A stretch of DNA of 64,000 nt from NCBI GenBank assembly GCA_964016885.1, contig OZ024742.1, positions 163,184,001-163,248,000 of the forward strand. Reading direction: 5' to 3'. A program made the translations under genes and the position numbers. Position 1 is the first letter of the stretch. Each line of letters starts with the position of its first letter. Under the pieces are notes generated by a model. That model ran no database searches, had not been told where the DNA came from, and saw only the letters and a program-made list of their open reading frames with translations. The DNA comes from Eledone cirrhosa. Its lineage: Eukaryota. Positions 12,401 to 26,400 of this stretch are shown in pieces.

Positions 12401-14560
12401 AAATTATCTCCCCTTGGACGGCTGGAAATTATCTCCCCTTGGACGGCTGGAAATTATCTCCCCTTGGACGGCTAGATATTACCTCCCCTTGGACGGCTGG
12501 AAATTATCTCCCCTTGATTTTTTTTACAAATTATCTCCCCCTGATTTTTTTTTACAAATTATCTCCCCCTGATTTTTTTTTACGAATTATCTCCCCCCGA
12601 TTTTTTTTTACAAATTATCTCCGCCTGATTTTTTTTTAAAAATTATCTCCCCTTGAACGGCTGGAAATTATCTCCCCTTGGACGGCTGGAAATTATCTCC
12701 CCTTGGACGGCTAGAAATTACCTCTCCTTGGACGGCTGAAAATTATCTCCCCTTGGACGGCTGCAAATTATCTCCCCTTGATTTTTTAACAAATTATCTC
12801 CCCCTGATTTTTTTTTACAAATTATCTCCCCCTGATTTTTTTTTACAAATTATCTCCCCCTGATTTTTTTTTACAAATTATCTCCCCCTGATTTTTTTAC
12901 AAATTATCTCCCCCTGATTTTTTTTACAATCTCCGCCTGATTTTTTAAAAAATTATCTTCCCTTGGCTGGCGGGAAATTATCTCCCCTTGGACGGCTGGA
13001 AATTATATCCCCTTGGAAGGATGGAAATTATCTCCCCTTGGACGGCTGGAAATTATCTCCCCTTGGACGGCTGGAAATTATCTCCCCTTGGACAGCTGGA
13101 AATTATCTGCCCTTGATTTTGTTTTTACAAATTATCTCCCCCTGATTTTTTTTACAAATTATCTCCACCTGATTTTTAAAAAAATTATCTCCCCTTGGAC
13201 GGCTGGAAGTTATCTCCCCTTGATTTTTTTACAAATTATCTCCCCCTGATTTTTTTTACAAATTATCTCCCCCTGATTTTTTGTTACAAATTATCTCCCC
13301 CTGATTTTTTTACAAATTATCTCCCCCTGATTTTTTTTACAAATTATCTCCCCCTGATTTTTTTAAATATTATCTTCCCTTGGCTGGCGGGAAATTATCT
13401 CCCCTTGGCTGGCAGGAAATTATCTCCCCTTGGAGGCTGGAATTTATCTCCCCTTGGACGGTTAGAAATTACCTCTCCTTGGAGGGCTGGAAAATATGTC
13501 TCCTTGGACGGCTGGATATTATCTACCCTTGGACGGCTGGAAATTATCTCCCCTTGGACGGCTGGAAATTATCTCCCCTTGGACGGCTAGATATTACCTC
13601 CCCTTGGACGGCTGGAAATTATCTCCCCTTGATTTTTTTACAAATTATCTCCCCCTGATTTTTTTTTACGAATTATCTCCCCCTGATTTTTTTTTACAAA
13701 TTATCTCCGCCTGATTTTTTTTTTAAAATTATCTCCCCTTGAACGGCTGGAAATTATCTCCCCTTGGACGGCTGGAAATTATCTCCCCTTGGACGGCTAG
13801 AAATTACCTCTCCTTGGACGGCTGAAAATTATCTCCCCTTGGACGGCTGCAAATTATCTCCCCTTGATTTTTTTAACAAATTATCTCCCCCTGATTTTTT
13901 TTTACAAATTATCTCCCCCTGATTTTTTTTTACAAATTATCTACGCCTAATTTTTTTTACAAATTATCTCCCCCTGATTTTTTTTTACAAATTATCTCCC
14001 CCTGATTTTTTTTACAAATTATCTCCCCCTGATTTTTTTTTACAAATTATCTCCCCCTGCTTTTTTTACAAATTATCTCCCCCCTGATTATTTTTACAAT
14101 CTCCGCCTGATTTTTTTAAAAATTATCTTCCCTTGGCTGGCGGGAAATTATCTCCCCTTGGACGGCTGGAAATTATATCCCCTTGGAAGGATGGAAATTA
14201 TCTCCCCTTGGACGGCTGGAAATTATCTCCCCTTGGACGGCTGGAAATTACCTCCCCTTGGACAGCTGGAAATTATCTGCCCTTGATTTTGTTTTTACAA
14301 ATTATCTCCCCCTGATTTTTTTTACAAATTATCTCCACCTGATTTTTTAAAAAATTATCTCCCCTTGGACGGCTGGAAATTATCTCCCCTTGATTTTTTT
14401 ACAAATTATCTCCCCCTGATTTTTTTTACAAATTATCTCCCCCTGATTTTTTTTTTACAAATTATCTCCCCCTGATTTTTTTACAAATTATCTCCCCCTG
14501 ATTTTTTTTACAAATTATCTCCGCCTGATTTTTTTAAATATTATCTTCCCTTGGCTGGCG

Positions 14561-17480
14561 GGAAATTATCTCCCCTTGGAAGGCTGAAAATTATCTCCCC
14601 TTGGACGGCTGGAAATTATCTCCCCTTGATTTTTTTACAAATTATCTCCCCCTGATTTTTTTTTACAAATTATCTCCCCCTGATTTTTTTTTACAAATTA
14701 TCTCCCCCTGATTTTTTTTTACAAATTATCTGCCCCTGATTTTTTTTACAAATTATCTCCCCCTGATTTTTTTACAAATTATCTCCCCTTGGCTGGCTGG
14801 AAATTATCTCCCCTTGGAGGCTGGAATTTATCTCCCCTTGGACGGCTAGAAATTACCTCTCCTTGGACGGCTGGAAAATATTTCTCCTTGGACGGCTGGA
14901 TATTATCTACCCTTGGACGGGTGGAAATTATCTCCCCTTGGACGGCTGGAAATTATCTCCCCTTGGACGGCTAGATATTACCTCCCCTTGGACGGCTGGA
15001 AATTATCTCCCCTTGATTTTTTTTACAAATTATCTCCCCCTGATTTTATTTTACAAATTATCTCCCCCTGATTTTTTTTACAAATTATCTCCCCCTGATA
15101 TTTTTTACAAATTATCTCCCCCTGATTTTTTTACAAATTATCTCCCCTTGGCTGGCTGGAAATTATCTCCCCTTGGACGGCTAGATATTACCTCCCCTTG
15201 GACGGCTGGAAATTATCTCCCCTTGATTTTTTTTACAAATTATCTCCCCCTGATTTTTTTTTACAAATTATCTCCCCCTGATTTTTTTTTACAAATTATC
15301 TACCCCTGATTTTTTTTTACAAATTATCTCCCCCTGATTTTTTTACAAATTATCTCTCCCTGATTTTTTTTTACAAATTATCTCCCCCTGATTTTTTTTT
15401 ACAAATTATCTACCCCTGATTTTTTTTTACAAATTATCTCCCCCTGATTTTTTTTACAAATTATCTCCCCCTGATTTTTTTTACAAATTATCTCCCCCTG
15501 ATTTTTTTACAAATTATCTCCCCCCGATTTTTTTTACAAATTATCTCCCCTTGGCTGGCTGGAAATTATCTCCCCTTGGAGGCTGGAATTTATCTCCCCT
15601 TGGACGGTTAGAAATTACCTCTCCTTGGACGGCTGGAAAATATGTCTCCTTGGACGGCTGGAAATTATCTCCCCTGGGACGGCTGGAAATTATCTCCCCT
15701 TGGACGGCTGGAAATTATCTCTCCTCGGACGACTAGAAATTACCTCTCCTTGGACAGCTGAAAATTATCTCCCCTTGGACGGCTGGAAATTATCTCCCCC
15801 TGATTTTTTTTTACAAATTATCTCCCCCTGATTTTTATTTTACAAATTATCTCCCCCTGATTTTTTTTACAAATTATCTCCCCCTGATATTTTTTACAAA
15901 TTATCTCCCCCTGATTTTTTTACAAATTATCTCCCCTTGGCTGGCTGGAAATTATCTCCCCTTGGAGGCTGGAATTTATCTCCCCTTGGACGGCTAGAAA
16001 TTACCTCGCCTTGGACGGCTGGAAATTATCTCCCCTTGGAAGGCTGAAAATTATCTCCCCTTGGACGGCTGGAAATTATCTCCCCTTGATTTTTTTACAA
16101 ATTATCTCCCCCTGATTTTTTTTTACAAATTATCTCCCCCTGATTTTTTTTTACAAATTATCTCCCCCTGATTTTTTTTTACAAATTATCTGCCCCTGAT
16201 TTTTTTTACAAATTATCTCCCCCTGATTTTTTTACAAATTATCTCCCCTTGGCTGGCTGGAAATTATCTCCCCTTGGAGGCTGGAATTTATCTCCCCTTG
16301 GACGGCTAGAAATTACCTCTCCTTGGACGGCTGGAAAATATTTCTCCTTGGACGGCTGGATATTATCTACCCTTGGACGGGTGGAAATTATCTCCCCTTG
16401 GACGGCTGGAAATTATCTCCCCTTGGACGGCTAGATATTACCTCCCCTTGGACGGCTGGAAATTATCTCCCCTTGATTTTTTTTACAAATTATCTCCCCC
16501 TGATTTTATTTTACAAATTATCTCCCCCTGATTTTTTTTACAAATTATCTCCCCCTGATATTTTTTACAAATTATCTCCCCCTGATTTTTTTACAAATTA
16601 TCTCCCCTTGGCTGGCTGGAAATTATCTCCCCTTGGACGGCTAGATATTACCTCCTCTTGGACGGCTGGAAATTATCTCCCCTTGATTTTTTTTACAAAT
16701 TATCTCCCCCTGATTTTTTTTTACAAATTATCTCCCCCTGATTTTTTTTTACAAATTATCTACCCCTGAATTTTTTTTACAAATTATCTCCCCCTGATTT
16801 TTTTACAAATTATCTCTCCCTGATTTTTTTTTACAAATTATCTCCCCCTGATTTTTTTTTACAAATTATCTACCCCTGATTTTTTTTTACAAATTATCTC
16901 CCCCTGATTTTTTTTACAAATTATCTCCCCCTGATTTTTTTTACAAATTATCTCCCCCTGATTTTTTTACAAATTATCTCCCCCCGATTTTTTTTACAAA
17001 TTATCTCCCCTTGGCTGGCTGGAAATTATCTCCCCTTGGAGGCTGGAATTTATCTCCCCTTGGACGGTTAGAAATTACCTCTCCTTGGACGGCTGGAAAA
17101 TATGTCTCCTTGGACGGCTGGAAATTATCTCCCCTGGGACGGCTGGAAATTATCTCCCCTTGGACGGCTGGAAATTATCTCTCCTCGGACGACTAGAAAT
17201 TACCTCTCCTTGGACAGCTGAAAATTATCTCCCCTTGGACGGCTGGAAATTATCTCCCCCTAATTTTTTTTTACAAATTATCTCCCCCTGATTTTTATTT
17301 TACAAATTATCTCCCCCTGATTTTTTTTACAAATTATCTCCCCCTGATATTTTTTACAAATTATCTCCCCCTGATTTTTTTACAAATTATCTCCCCTTGG
17401 CTGGCTGGAAATTATCTCCCCTTGGAGGCTGGAATTTATCTCCCCTTGGACGGCTAGAAATTACCTCGCCTTGGACGGCT
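14561..17480 (+). repeat. Tandem duplication, period 1,460 bp (14561-16020 / 16021-17480)
   Basis: Pairs 14789/16249, 14863/16323 and 15551/17011 all differ by 1,460. The chimeric A block at ~15937-16085 (CCTCGCC monomer joined to GGAAGGCTGA) marks the junction. Confidence 0.92.
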
Positions 17481-20400
17481 GGAAAATATGTCTCCTTGGA
17501 CGGCTGGAAATTATCTCCCCTTGGACGGCTGGAAATTATCTCCCCTTGGACGGCTGGATATTATCTACCCTTGGACGGCTAGATATTACCTCCCCTTGGA
17601 CGGCTGGAAATTATCTCCCCTTGATTTTTTTTACAAATTATCTCCCCCTGATTTTTTTTTACAAATTATCTCCCCCTGATTTTTTTTTACAAATTATCTA
17701 CCCCTGATTTTTTTTACAAATTATCTCGCCCTGATTTTTTTTACAAATTATCTCCCTGATTTTTTTTTACAAATTATCTCCCCCTGATTTTTTTTTACAA
17801 ATTATCTACGCCTGATTTTTTTTTACAAATTATCTCCCCCTGATTTTTTTTACAAATTATCTCCCCCTGATTTTTTTACAAATTATCTCCCCCCGATTTT
17901 TTTTACAAATTATCTCCGCCTAATTTTTTTAAATATTATCTTCCCTTGGCTGGCGGGAAATTATCTCCCCTTGGACGGCTGGAAATTATCTCCCCTTGGA
18001 CGGCTGGAAATTATCTCTCCTCGGACGACTAGAAATTACCTCTCCTTGGACAGCTGAAAATTATCTCCCCTTGGACGGCTGGAAATTATCTCCCCTTGAT
18101 TTTTTTTACAAATTATCTCCCCCTGATTTTTTTTTAACAATTATCTCCCCCTGATTTTTTTTTACAAATTATCTCCCCCTGATTTTTTTTACAAATTATC
18201 TCCCCCTGATATTTTTTACAAATTATCTCCCCCTGATTTTTTTACAAATTATCTCCCCTTGGCTGGCTGGAAATTATCTCCCCTTGGAGGCTGGAATTTA
18301 TCTCCCCTTGGACGGCTAGAAATTACCTCGCCTTGGACGGCTGGAAAATATGTCTCCTTGGACGGCTGGAAATTATCTCCCCTTGGACGGCTGGAAATTA
18401 TCTCCCCTTGGACGGCTAGATATTACCTCCCCTTGGACGGCTGGAAATTATCTCCCCTTGATTTTTTTTACAAATTATCTCCCCCTGATTTTTTTTTACA
18501 AATTATCTCCCCCTGATTTTTTTTTACAAATTATCTACCCCTGATTTTTTTTTTACAAATTATCTCCCCCTGATTTTTTTTACAAATTATCTCTCCCTGA
18601 TTTTTTTTTACAAATTATCTCCCCCTGATTTTTTTTTACAAATTATCTACCCCTGATTTTTTTTTACAAATTATCTCCCCCTGATTTTTTTTACAAATTA
18701 TCTCCCCCTGATTTTTTTACAAATTATCTCCCCCTGATTTTTTTACAAATTATCTCCCCCCGATTTTTTTTACAAATTATCTCCGCCTAATTTTTTAAAA
18801 TATTATCTTCCCTTGGCTGGCGGGAAATTATCTCCCCTTGGACGGCTTAAAATTATCTCCCCTTGGACGGCTGGAAATTATCTCCCCTTGATTTTTTTAC
18901 AAATTATCTCCCCCTGATTATTTTTTACAAATTATCTCCCCCTGATTTTTTTTTACAAATTATCTCCCTCTGATTTTTTTTACAAATTATCTCCCCTTGG
19001 CTGGCTGGAAATTATCTCCCCTTGGAGGCTGGAATTTGTCTCCCCTTGGACGGTTAGAAATTACCTCTCCTTGGACTGCTGGAAAATATGTCTCCTTGGA
19101 CGGCTGGAAATTATCTCCCCTGGGACGGCTGGAAATTATCTCCCCTTGGACGGCTGGAAATTATCTCTCCTCGGACGACTAGAAATTACCTCTCCTTGGA
19201 CAGCTGAAAATTATCTCCCCTTGGACGGCTGGAAATTATCTCCCCTTGATTTTTTTTACAAATTATCTCCCCCTGATTTTTTTTTACAAATTATCTCCCC
19301 CTGATTTTATTTTACAAATTATCTCCCCCTGATTTTTTTTACAAATTATCTCCCCCTGATATTTTTTACAAATTATCTCCCCCTGATTTTTTTACAAATT
19401 ATCTCCCCTTGGCTGGCTGGAAATTATCTCCCCTTGGAGGCTGGAATTTATCTCCCCTTGGACGGCTAGAAATTACCTCGCCTTGGACGGCTGGAAAATA
19501 TGTCTCCTTGGACGGCTGGAAATTATCTCCCCTTGGACGGCTGGAAATTATCTCCCCTTGGACGGCTGGAAATTATCTCCCCTTGGACGGCTAGATATTA
19601 CCTCCCCTTGGACGGCTGGAAATTATCTCCCCTTGATTTTTTTTACAAATTATCTCCCCCTGATTTTTTTTTACAAATTATCTCCCTGATTTTTTTTTAC
19701 GAATTATCTCCCCCTGATTTTTTTTTAAAAATTATCTCCCCTTGAACGGCTGGAAATTATCTCCCCTTGGACGGCTGGAAATTATCTCCCCTTGGACGGC
19801 TAGAAATTACCTCTCCTTGGACGGCTGAAAATTATCTCCCCTTGGACGGCTGCAAATTATCTCCCCTTGATTTTTTAACAAATTATCTCCCCCTGATTTT
19901 TTTTTACAAATTATCTCCCCCTGATTTTTTTTTACAAATTATCTACGCCTAAGTTTTTTTACAAATTATCTCCCCCTGATTTTTTTTTACAAATTATCTC
20001 CCCCTGATTTTTTTTACAAATTATCTCCCCCTGATTTTTTTTTACAAATTATTTCCCCCTGATTTTTTTACAAATTATCTCCCCCCTGATTTTTTTTACA
20101 ATCTCCGCCTGATTTTTTAAAAAATTATCTTCCCTTGGCTGGCGGGAAATTATCACCCCTTGGACGGCTGGAAATTATATCCCCTTGGACGGCTGGAAAT
20201 TACCTCCCCTTGGACAGCTGGAAATTATCTGCCCTTGATTTTGTTTTTACAAATTATCTCCCCCTGATTTTTATTACAAATTATCTCCACCTGATTTTTT
20301 AAAAAATTATCTCCCCTTGGACGGCTGGAAATTATCTCCCCTTGATTTTTTTACAAATTATCTCCCCCTGATTTTTTTTACAAATTATCTCCCCCTGATT

Positions 20401-23400
20401 TTTTTTTTACAAATTATCTCCCCCTGATTTTTTTACAAATTATCTCCCCCTGATTTTTTTTACAAATTATCTCCGCCTGATTTTTTTAAATATTATCTTC
20501 CCTTGGCTGGCGGGAAATTATCTCCCCTTGGACGGCTGAAAATTATCTCCCCTTGGACGGCTGGAAATTATCTCCCCTTGATTTTTTTTACAAATTATCT
20601 CCCCCTGATTTTTTTTTACAAATTATCTCCCCCTGATTTTTTTTTACAAATTATCTCCCCCTGATTTTTTTTTACAAATTATCTGCCCCTGATTTTTTTT
20701 ACAAATTATCTCCCCCTGATTTTTTTACAAATTATCTCCCCTTGGCTGGCTGGAAATGATCTCCCCTTGGAGGCTGGAATTTATCTCCCCTTGGACGGCT
20801 AGAAATTACCTCTCCTTGGACGGCTGGAAAATATTTCTCCTTGGACGGCTGGATATTATCTACCCTTGGACGGGTGGAAATTATCTCCCCTTGGACGGCT
20901 GGAAATTATCTCCCCTTGGACGGCTAGATATTACCTCCCCTTGGACGGCTGGAAATTATCTCCCCTTGATTTTTTTTACAAATTATCTCCCCCTGATTTT
21001 TTTTTTACAAATTATCTCCCCCTGATTTTTTACAAATTATCTCCCCCTGATTTTTTTTACAAATTATCTCCGCCTGATTTTTTTAAATATTATCTTCCCT
21101 TGGCTGGCGGGAAATTATCTCCCCTTGGACGGCTGAAAATTATCTCCCCTTGGACGGCTGGAAATTATCTCCCCTTGATTTTTTTTACAAATTATCTCCC
21201 CCTGATTATTTTTTACAAATTATCTTTCCCTGATTTTTTTTTACAAATTATCTCCCCCTGATTTTTTTTACAAATTATCTCCCCCTGATTTTTTTACAAA
21301 TTATCTCCCCTTGGCTGGCTGGAAATTATCTCCCCTTGGTGGCTGGAATTTATCTCCCCTTGGACGGCTGGAAATTATCTCTCCTTGGACGGCTGGAAAA
21401 TATGTCTCGTTGGAGGGCTGGAAATTATCTCCCCTTGGACGGCTGGAAATTATCTCCCCTTGGACGGCTGGATATTATCTACCCTTGGACGGCTAGATAT
21501 TACCTCCCTGGAAATTATCTCCCCTTGGTGGCTGGAATTTATCTCCCCTTGGACGGCTGGAAATTACCTCTCCTTGGACGGCTGGAAAATATGTCTCGTT
21601 GGAGGGCTGGAAATTATCTCCCCTTGGACGGCTGGAAATTATCTCCCCTTGGACGGCTGGATATTATCTCTCCTTGGGCGGCTAGAAATTACCTCGCCTT
21701 GGACGGCTGGAAAATATGTCTCCTTGGACGGCTGGAAATTATCTCCCCTTGGACGGCTGGAAATTATCTCCCCTTGGACGGCTGGATATTATCTACCCTT
21801 GGACGGCTAGATATTACCTCCCCTTGGACGGCTGGAAATTATCTCCCCTTGATTTTTTTTACAAATTATCTCCCCCTGATTTTTTTTTACAAATTATCTC
21901 CCCTTGATTTTTTTTTACAAATTATCTACCCCTGATTTTTTTTTACAAATTATCTCCCCCTGATTTTTTTTACAAATTATCTCTCCCTGATTTTTTTTTA
22001 CAAATTATCTCCCCCTGATTTTTTTTTACAAATTATCTACCCCTGATTTTTTTTTACAAATTATCTCCCCCTGATTTTTTTTACAAATTATCTCCCCCTG
22101 ATTTTTTTACAAATTATCTCCCCCCGATTTTTTTTACAAATTATCTCCGCCTAATTTTTTTAAATATTATCTTCCCTTGGCTGGCGGGAAATTATCTCCC
22201 CTTGGACGGCTGAAAATTATCTCCCCTTGGACGGCTGGAAATTATCTCCCCTTGGAGGCTGGAATTTATCTCCCCTTGGACGGCTAGAAATTACCTCGCC
22301 TTGGACGGCTGGAAAATATGTCTCCTTGGACGGCTGGAAATTATCTCCCCTTGGACGGCTGGAAATTATCTCCCCTTGGACGGCTAGATATTACCTCCCC
22401 TTGGACGGCTGGAAATTATCTCCCCTTGATTTTTTTTACAAATTATCTCCCCCTGATTTTTTTTTACAAATTATCTCCCCCTGATTCTTTTTTACAAATT
22501 ATCTACCCCTGATTTTTTTTTACAAATTATCTCCCCCTGATTTTTTTTACAAATTATCTCTCCCTGATTTTTTTTTACAAATTATCTCCCCCTGATTTTT
22601 TTTTACAAATTATCTACCCCTGATTTTTTTTTACAAATTATCTCCCCCTGATTTTTTTTACAAATTATCTCCCCCTGATTTTTTTTTACAAATTATCTCC
22701 CCCTGCTTTTTTTACAAATTATCTCCCCCCTGATTATTTTTACAATCTCCGCCTGATTTTTTTAAAAATTATCTTCCCTTGGCTGGCGGGAAATTATCTC
22801 CCCTTGGACGGCTGGAAATTATATTCCCTTGGAAGGATGGAAATTATCTCCCCTTGGACGGCTGGAAATTATCTCCCCTTGGACGGCTGGAAATTACCTC
22901 CCCTTGGACAGCTGGAAATTATCTGCCCTTGATTTTGTTTTTACAAATTATCTCCCCCTGATTTTTTTTACAAATTATCTCCACCTGATTTTTTAAAAAA
23001 TTATCTCCCCTTGGACGGCTGGAAATTATCTCCCCTTGATTTTTTTACAAATTATCTCCCCCTGATTTTTTTTACAAATTATCTCCCCCTGATTTTTTTT
23101 ACAAATTATCTCCCCCTGATTTTTTTTACAAATTATCTCCCCCTGATTTTTTTACAAATTATCTCCCCCCGATTTTTTTTACAAATTATCTCCCCTTGGC
23201 TGGCTGGAAATTATCTCCCCTTGGAGGCTGGAATTTATCTCCCCTTGGACGGTTAGAAATTACCTCTCCTTGGACGGCTGGAAAATATGTCTCCTTGGAC
23301 GGCTGGAAATTATCTCCCCTGGGACGGCTGGAAATTATCTCCCCTTGGACGGCTGGAAATTATCTCTCCTCGGACGACTAGAAATTACCTCTCCTTGGAC

Positions 23401-26400
23401 AGCTGAAAATTATCTCCCCTTGGACGGCTGGAAATTATCTCCCCCTGATTTTTTTTTACAAATTATCTCCCCCTGATTTTTATTTTACAAATTATCTCCC
23501 CCTGATTTTTTTTACAAATTATCTCCCCCTGATATTTTTTACAAATTATCTCCCCCTGATTTTTTTACAAATTATCTCCCCTTGGCTGGCTGGAAATTAT
23601 CTCCCCTTGGAGGCTGGAATTTATCTCCCCTTGGACGGCTAGAAATTACCTCGCCTTGGACGGCTGGAAATTATCTCCCCTTGGAAGGCTGAAAATTATC
23701 TCCCCTTGGACGGCTGGAAATTATCTCCCCTTGATTTTTTTACAAATTATCTCCCCCTGATTTTTTTTTACAAATTATCTCCCCCTGATTTTTTTTTACA
23801 AATTATCTCCCCCTGATTTTTTTTTACAAATTATCTGCCCCTGATTTTTTTTACAAATTATCTCCCCCTGATTTTTTTACAAATTATCTCCCCTTGGCTG
23901 GCTGGAAATTATCTCCCCTTGGAGGCTGGAATTTATCTCCCCTTGGACGGCTAGAAATTACCTCTCCTTGGACGGCTGGAAAATATTTCTCCTTGGACGG
24001 CTGGATATTATCTACCCTTGGACGGGTGGAAATTATCTCCCCTTGGACGGCTGGAAATTATCTCCCCTTGGACGGCTAGATATTACCTCCCCTTGGACGG
24101 CTGGAAATTATCTCCCCTTGATTTTTTTTACAAATTATCTCCCCCTGATTTTATTTTACAAATTATCTCCCCCTGATTTTTTTTACAAATTATCTCCCCC
24201 TGATATTTTTTACAAATTATCTCCCCCTGATTTTTTTACAAATTATCTCCCCTTGGCTGGCTGGAAATTATCTCCCCTTGGACGGCTAGATATTACCTCC
24301 CCTTGGACGGCTGGAAATTATCTCCCCTTGATTTTTTTTACAAATTATCTCCCCCTGATTTATTTTTACAAATTATCTCCCCCTGATTTTTTTTTACAAA
24401 TTATCTACCCCTGAATTTTTTTTACAAATTATCTCCCCCTGATTTTTTTACAAATTATCTCTCCCTGATTTTTTTTTACAAATTATCTCCCCCTGATTTT
24501 TTTTTACAAATTATCTACCCCTGATTTTTTTTTACAAATTATCTCCCCCTGATTTTTTTTACAAATTATCTCCCCCTGATTTTTTTTACAAATTATCTCC
24601 CCCTGATTTTTTTACAAATTATCTCCCCCCGATTTTTTTTACAAATTATCTCCCCTTGGCTGGCTGGAAATTATCTCCCCTTGGAGGCTGGAATTTATCT
24701 CCCCTTGGACGGTTAGAAATTACCTCTCCTTGGACGGCTGGAAAATATGTCTCCTTGGACGGCTGGAAATTATCTCCCCTGGGACGGCTGGAAATTATCT
24801 CCCCTTGGACGGCTGGAAATTATCTCTCCTCGGACGACTAGAAATTACCTCTCCTTGGACAGCTGAAAATTATCTCCCCTTGGACGGCTGGAAATTATCT
24901 CCCCCTAATTTTTTTTTACAAATTATCTCCCCCTGATTTTTATTTTACAAATTATCTCCCCCTGATTTTTTTTACAAATTATCTCCCCCTGATATTTTTT
25001 ACAAATTATCTCCCCCTGATTTTTTTACAAATTATCTCCCCTTGGCTGGCTGGAAATTATCTCCCCTTGGAGGCTGGAATTTATCTCCCCTTGGACGGCT
25101 AGAAATTACCTCGCCTTGGACGGCTGGAAAATATGTCTCCTTGGACGGCTGGAAATTATCTCCCCTTGGACGGCTGGAAATTATCTCCCCTTGGACGGCT
25201 GGATATTATCTACCCTTGGACGGCTAGATATTACCTCCCCTTGGACGGCTGGAAATTATCTCCCCTTGATTTTTTTTACAAATTATCTCCCCCTGATTTT
25301 TTTTTACAAATTATCTCCCCCTGATTTTTTTTTACAAATTATCTACCCCTGATTTTTTTTACAAATTATCTCCCCCTGATTTTTTTTACAAATTATCTCC
25401 CTGATTTTTTTTTACAAATTATCTCCCCCTGATTTTTTTTTACAAATTATCTACGCCTGATTTTTTTTTACAAATTATCTCCCCCTGATTTTTTTTACAA
25501 ATTATCTCCCCCTGATTTTTTTACAAATTATCTCCCCCCGATTTTTTTTTCAAATTATCTCCGCCTAATTTTTTTAAATATTATCTTCCCTTGGCTGGCG
25601 GGAAATTATCTCCCCTTGGACGGCTGGAAATTATCTCCCCTTGGACGGCTGGAAATTATCTCTCCTCGGACGACTAGAAATTACCTCTCCTTGGACAGCT
25701 GAAAATTATCTCCCCTTGGACGGCTGGAAATTATCTCCCCTTGATTTTTTTTACAAATTATCTCCCCCTGATTTTTTTTTAACAATTATCTCCCCCTGAT
25801 TTTTTTTTACAAATTATCTCCCCCTGATTTTTTTTACAAATTATCTCCCCCTGATATTTTTTACAAATTATCTCCCCCTGATTTTTTTACAAATTATCTC
25901 CCCTTGGCTGGCTGGAAATTATCTCCCCTTGGAGGCTGGAATTTATCTCCCCTTGGACGGCTAGAAATTACCTCGCCTTGGACGGCTGGAAAATATGTCT
26001 CCTTGGACGGCTGGAAATTATCTCCCCTTGGACGGCTGGAAATTATCTCCCCTTGGACGGCTAGATATTACCTCCCCTTGGACGGCTGGAAATTATCTCC
26101 CCTTGATTTTTTTTACAAATTATCTCCCCCTGATTTTTTTTTACAAATTATCTCCCCCTGATTTTTTTTTACAAATTATCTACCCCTGATTTTTTTTTTA
26201 CAAATTATCTCCCCCTGATTTTTTTTACAAATTATCTCTCCCTGATTTTTTTTTACAAATTATCTCCCCCTGATTTTTTTTTACAAATTATCTACCCCTG
26301 ATTTTTTTTTACAAATTATCTCCCCCTGATTTTTTTTACAAATTTTCTCCCCCTGATTTTTTTACAAATTATCTCCCCCTGATTTTTTTACAAATTATCT

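Larger units (their letters stand above)
765..14730 (+). repeat. Tandem duplication: copy 1 ~765-7970, copy 2 ~7989-14730 (period 7,224 bp; copy 2 shortened by 246-bp and 215-bp deletions)
   Basis: Offsets are 7,224 (1015/8239 to 4111/11335), then 6,978 (4899/11877 to 6217/13195), then 6,762 (7371/14133). The rare ATCAGTCCC variant occurs at ~3563 and ~10788. An atypical junction AAATATTATCTCCCCTTGGACGG lies at ~7985. Confidence 0.92.
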
